A DNA stretch of 63,089 nucleotides, counting the filler, from Bigelowiella natans CCMP2755 (Eukaryota; Protista; Cercozoa): the NCBI GenBank assembly GCA_000320545.1. It is 6 parts of 6 records of this genome, joined end to end, with 100 filler letters (N's around TTAATTAATTAA, not from the genome) between each part and the next. Parts side by side here need not be neighbours in the genome. Positions count along the whole stretch, not along the records: positions 59,171 to 63,089 come from ADNK01003640.1; 5 more parts are not named here. The stretch is one strand, 5' to 3'. Below the pieces are notes generated by a model. That model made no database searches. It was not told the origin of the DNA and saw nothing but the letters and a program-made list of their open reading frames with translations. This document shows positions 60,730 to 63,089 of the stretch, one piece after another. The translations under genes and the position numbers were made by a program. Position 1 is the stretch's first letter. Every line of letters begins with the position of its first letter.

Positions 60730-62746
60730 CCTCTCTCTTTCTCTTTCTCTTTACTATTAGTCATGGAAGAGGAGGTTTTTCGTGGTGGATCCTCTGAAGC
60801 ACACCCTATGCTACTACCAGGTCTGCACCATTTGCGTCAGCACACACTTCTCTTTGCATCGAAAGAAGAGAAATCCATTATTTCGCTGCAACTCGCCAAG
60901 TGATTTTTTTAAAATGTGCACCGTCCTACCGTAGATTCCACCCGAGGACGCTCAAGCGAAAGGGCGAGTCCCAAAGGCTCTAGGCGTGATTGATTTGACT
61001 AATACCAACGTAATCGTTGATAAGGATCCGGCGAGCCCCGAAAATTGCTTCAAAGTCGAAACGCCAGGGAGAGACTACTACATCGCGGCCGCAGACCCTT
61101 TCAAAATGAACACGTGGATATCAGTACTTCGACTAAACTCAAAACTAGGTAGAAGTGTTAGAGATTAGAGATTGATAACTGTTTGCTCTCTCTACGTCAC
61201 ATACGAACGGGATTACACCAATCTCCTTGTTTGTTGCGTACGTGGCTTAAATACAATCATCAATATCTCCTCAGGCACCCTCGAGAAAACACTGGGAAAG
61301 GATGGGAAAGAGGAAACCCAACAAGCCCCTCCACTTCCTGGCGTGGATCTTGATGACCAGTAAAATTGATACCGACATTAGAGCAACTGCCGATGGAAAT
61401 ATTGCATGTGATTTTAGGCAACAAAATGTGAAAAATGCTTCTTTTTCTGTTTTCTGTTTCCTCATGTTCGCCCCCCCCTTTTTTTTGTTTTGGCTACCGG
61501 TGTGAGCAGGTACACGCTTTCTTTTAAACTGGCCGCCGACAAAATGCTACAGTCGCTGAGTGATACCGCGCAAAGCTCGCGAGCCACGGTGCAGAATGAC
61601 CCCCCCCTCCCCCCCCCACTTCCCTCTCTCACACCCACCCTCACACTTACACTTTCCTCCTCGCCACCCCGCCTCCATTGTCCCCCCTCTTAGCTGGAGG
61701 ATGTTTCAACCATGAAGTACAACATCAAAGGCCAGCTGAAAAAGTATCTGGTCGCCGTCAAAACCCAGCACACGGTAGTACTGCTGCTCGAATAAATATC
61801 AGTACCGCACCGAGGGACGACGTTTTCGCCCTACGAAAAACGCTCGGCTCTTTCAATAATAACATTTCAGTAATGGGAGAGTGATAAAATAGGAAACTAC
61901 TTCATGATAAATATAATAGGAGTCGGAAACAAAGCTGAAGGGACTGCGCGAGAGCGAGACGAATGCCCATAGGTCTCTAGATGCAATAAACTCTTTGATA
62001 GTCACCCTCGACAAGTTCCTCCAAGCCTCTAGGTAATCAACGCGGGTGAGCGTGTGAGCGTATCCTTCTTCTAATGCTGTCTTTACCACGTGCAACACAG
62101 ATATATCCAGAGACTGACGATAGCGACAATGTCGATGAACCAAAACCTTCCGACTACAATTCGGATTCTTCGCGAAAAGATCGTTACGAGAGAGGTGAGT
62201 ACGTGACAATTAGCAGCACCGCTGGACAGACACCTCCCCTTTGAACATGAAGCCCTCCAATACCAAACCGATCTGCCATCCGTGGAGCTTTCCCGGAATA
62301 TGTATATAATGTCAAGACATAGTTCTGTGGGTAGGGAGAGGCGGGGAGGGGGAGGAGAGAGGCGAGAGGGAGTATTAACCGCCGCCTCTTCATACGTACA
62401 GTCGTCGGAGATACCTAGGTCGCTTCTCACGGGGTACGGCTCTCTTCTGACCAAATGCTTTCCGGACTCCGAGGTAGCACAGTCCACCGACCCCTCCTCT
62501 CTGAACTTCATGCAAGTGCTCAACTTCTACAACACATACTACAATGAGGTAGGCATTTTTAGCTTTCGCCTGTTCCATAATGAGAATAATGATAACGTCA
62601 ATAACTCAATCATGATTTTCTCGGTTTTCCCTCGTTCTCTCAGCATTCTAACTCCCTCCCTTCATCCCCCTCGCCCCCCAGATACACTTACCGAAGATGA
62701 TCAAACTAGAACCGGCAAAATCACGAAGATTAGAAGTAAATGCTAG
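60534..62746 (+). CDS. PH-domain protein with downstream helical region, spliced, probably continuing past the window
   Basis: KGWLYKRGNIRK|SWKRRFFVV..LCYY|..LGVIDL..NCFKVETPGRDYYIAA..MNTWISVLR is a canonical PH domain. Confidence 0.88.
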
Positions 62747-63089
62747 CGCTACACTGAACAACATCGAAGATTGCGGTGTATGCAGTAGTTTCTTCCTTCC
62801 ACAACTAACTCAGTGTCTGCTAGGTCTGGAGGAAGCTTGTTGCGAGCGTGAACGGGATCAAACAAACCTGCTTACAACTCTCAGAGCTTTCGCTGATCGA
62901 GGAGGCTATCAAAAAGGTGGGAGGGGGGCGGAGTATCTTATTATTATTATTATTATTTTTTAAATTTTAAATGAAGGAGTGATATAGCTGTTGTTCCGTG
63001 GGTGTGATGTGGAAGTAAAATAGACAACACTGCACTCGAGAAATCGATATGTTCTGTTATTTTTAAAATTCGTCTCCGTTTTGGATGCT

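Overview
Intron-rich eukaryotic (protist-like; species not determinable here) scaffold with five 100-nt assembly gaps (N44-TTAATTAATTAA-N44). Spliced host genes that can be recognised: a Tubby-domain protein, a type II membrane glycosyltransferase, DNA primase large subunit (PRIM2), ESF1 (cut by a gap), a C2H2 zinc-finger protein, a purple acid phosphatase, a protein with ~18 novel PPxPGDKTLARH repeats plus 3 WW domains, a MazG pyrophosphohydrolase, the 5' part of BUB1/MAD3, and a PH-domain protein. There is one near-intact single-ORF Ty3/gypsy-like LTR retrotransposon (21250-26738) and an inverted 3' fragment of a second copy (45424-46166). Its Pol ends in a domain resembling a degenerate DNA N6-adenine methyltransferase, and its integrase has D(27)E spacing. 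The strongest unexplained signal is a set of intergenic islands (15061-17040, 26739-27497, 52911-54160, and weaker ones) almost devoid of TpA. Most surviving TpAs are in CTAG, CpG is retained, and relic reading frames look Tyr->Cys/His converted. This is the footprint expected of a targeted TpA->TpG/CpA hypermutation process acting on non-genic or repeat DNA, opposite in direction to fungal RIP. All counts are by hand and all protein identities come from motif recognition, not database searches.
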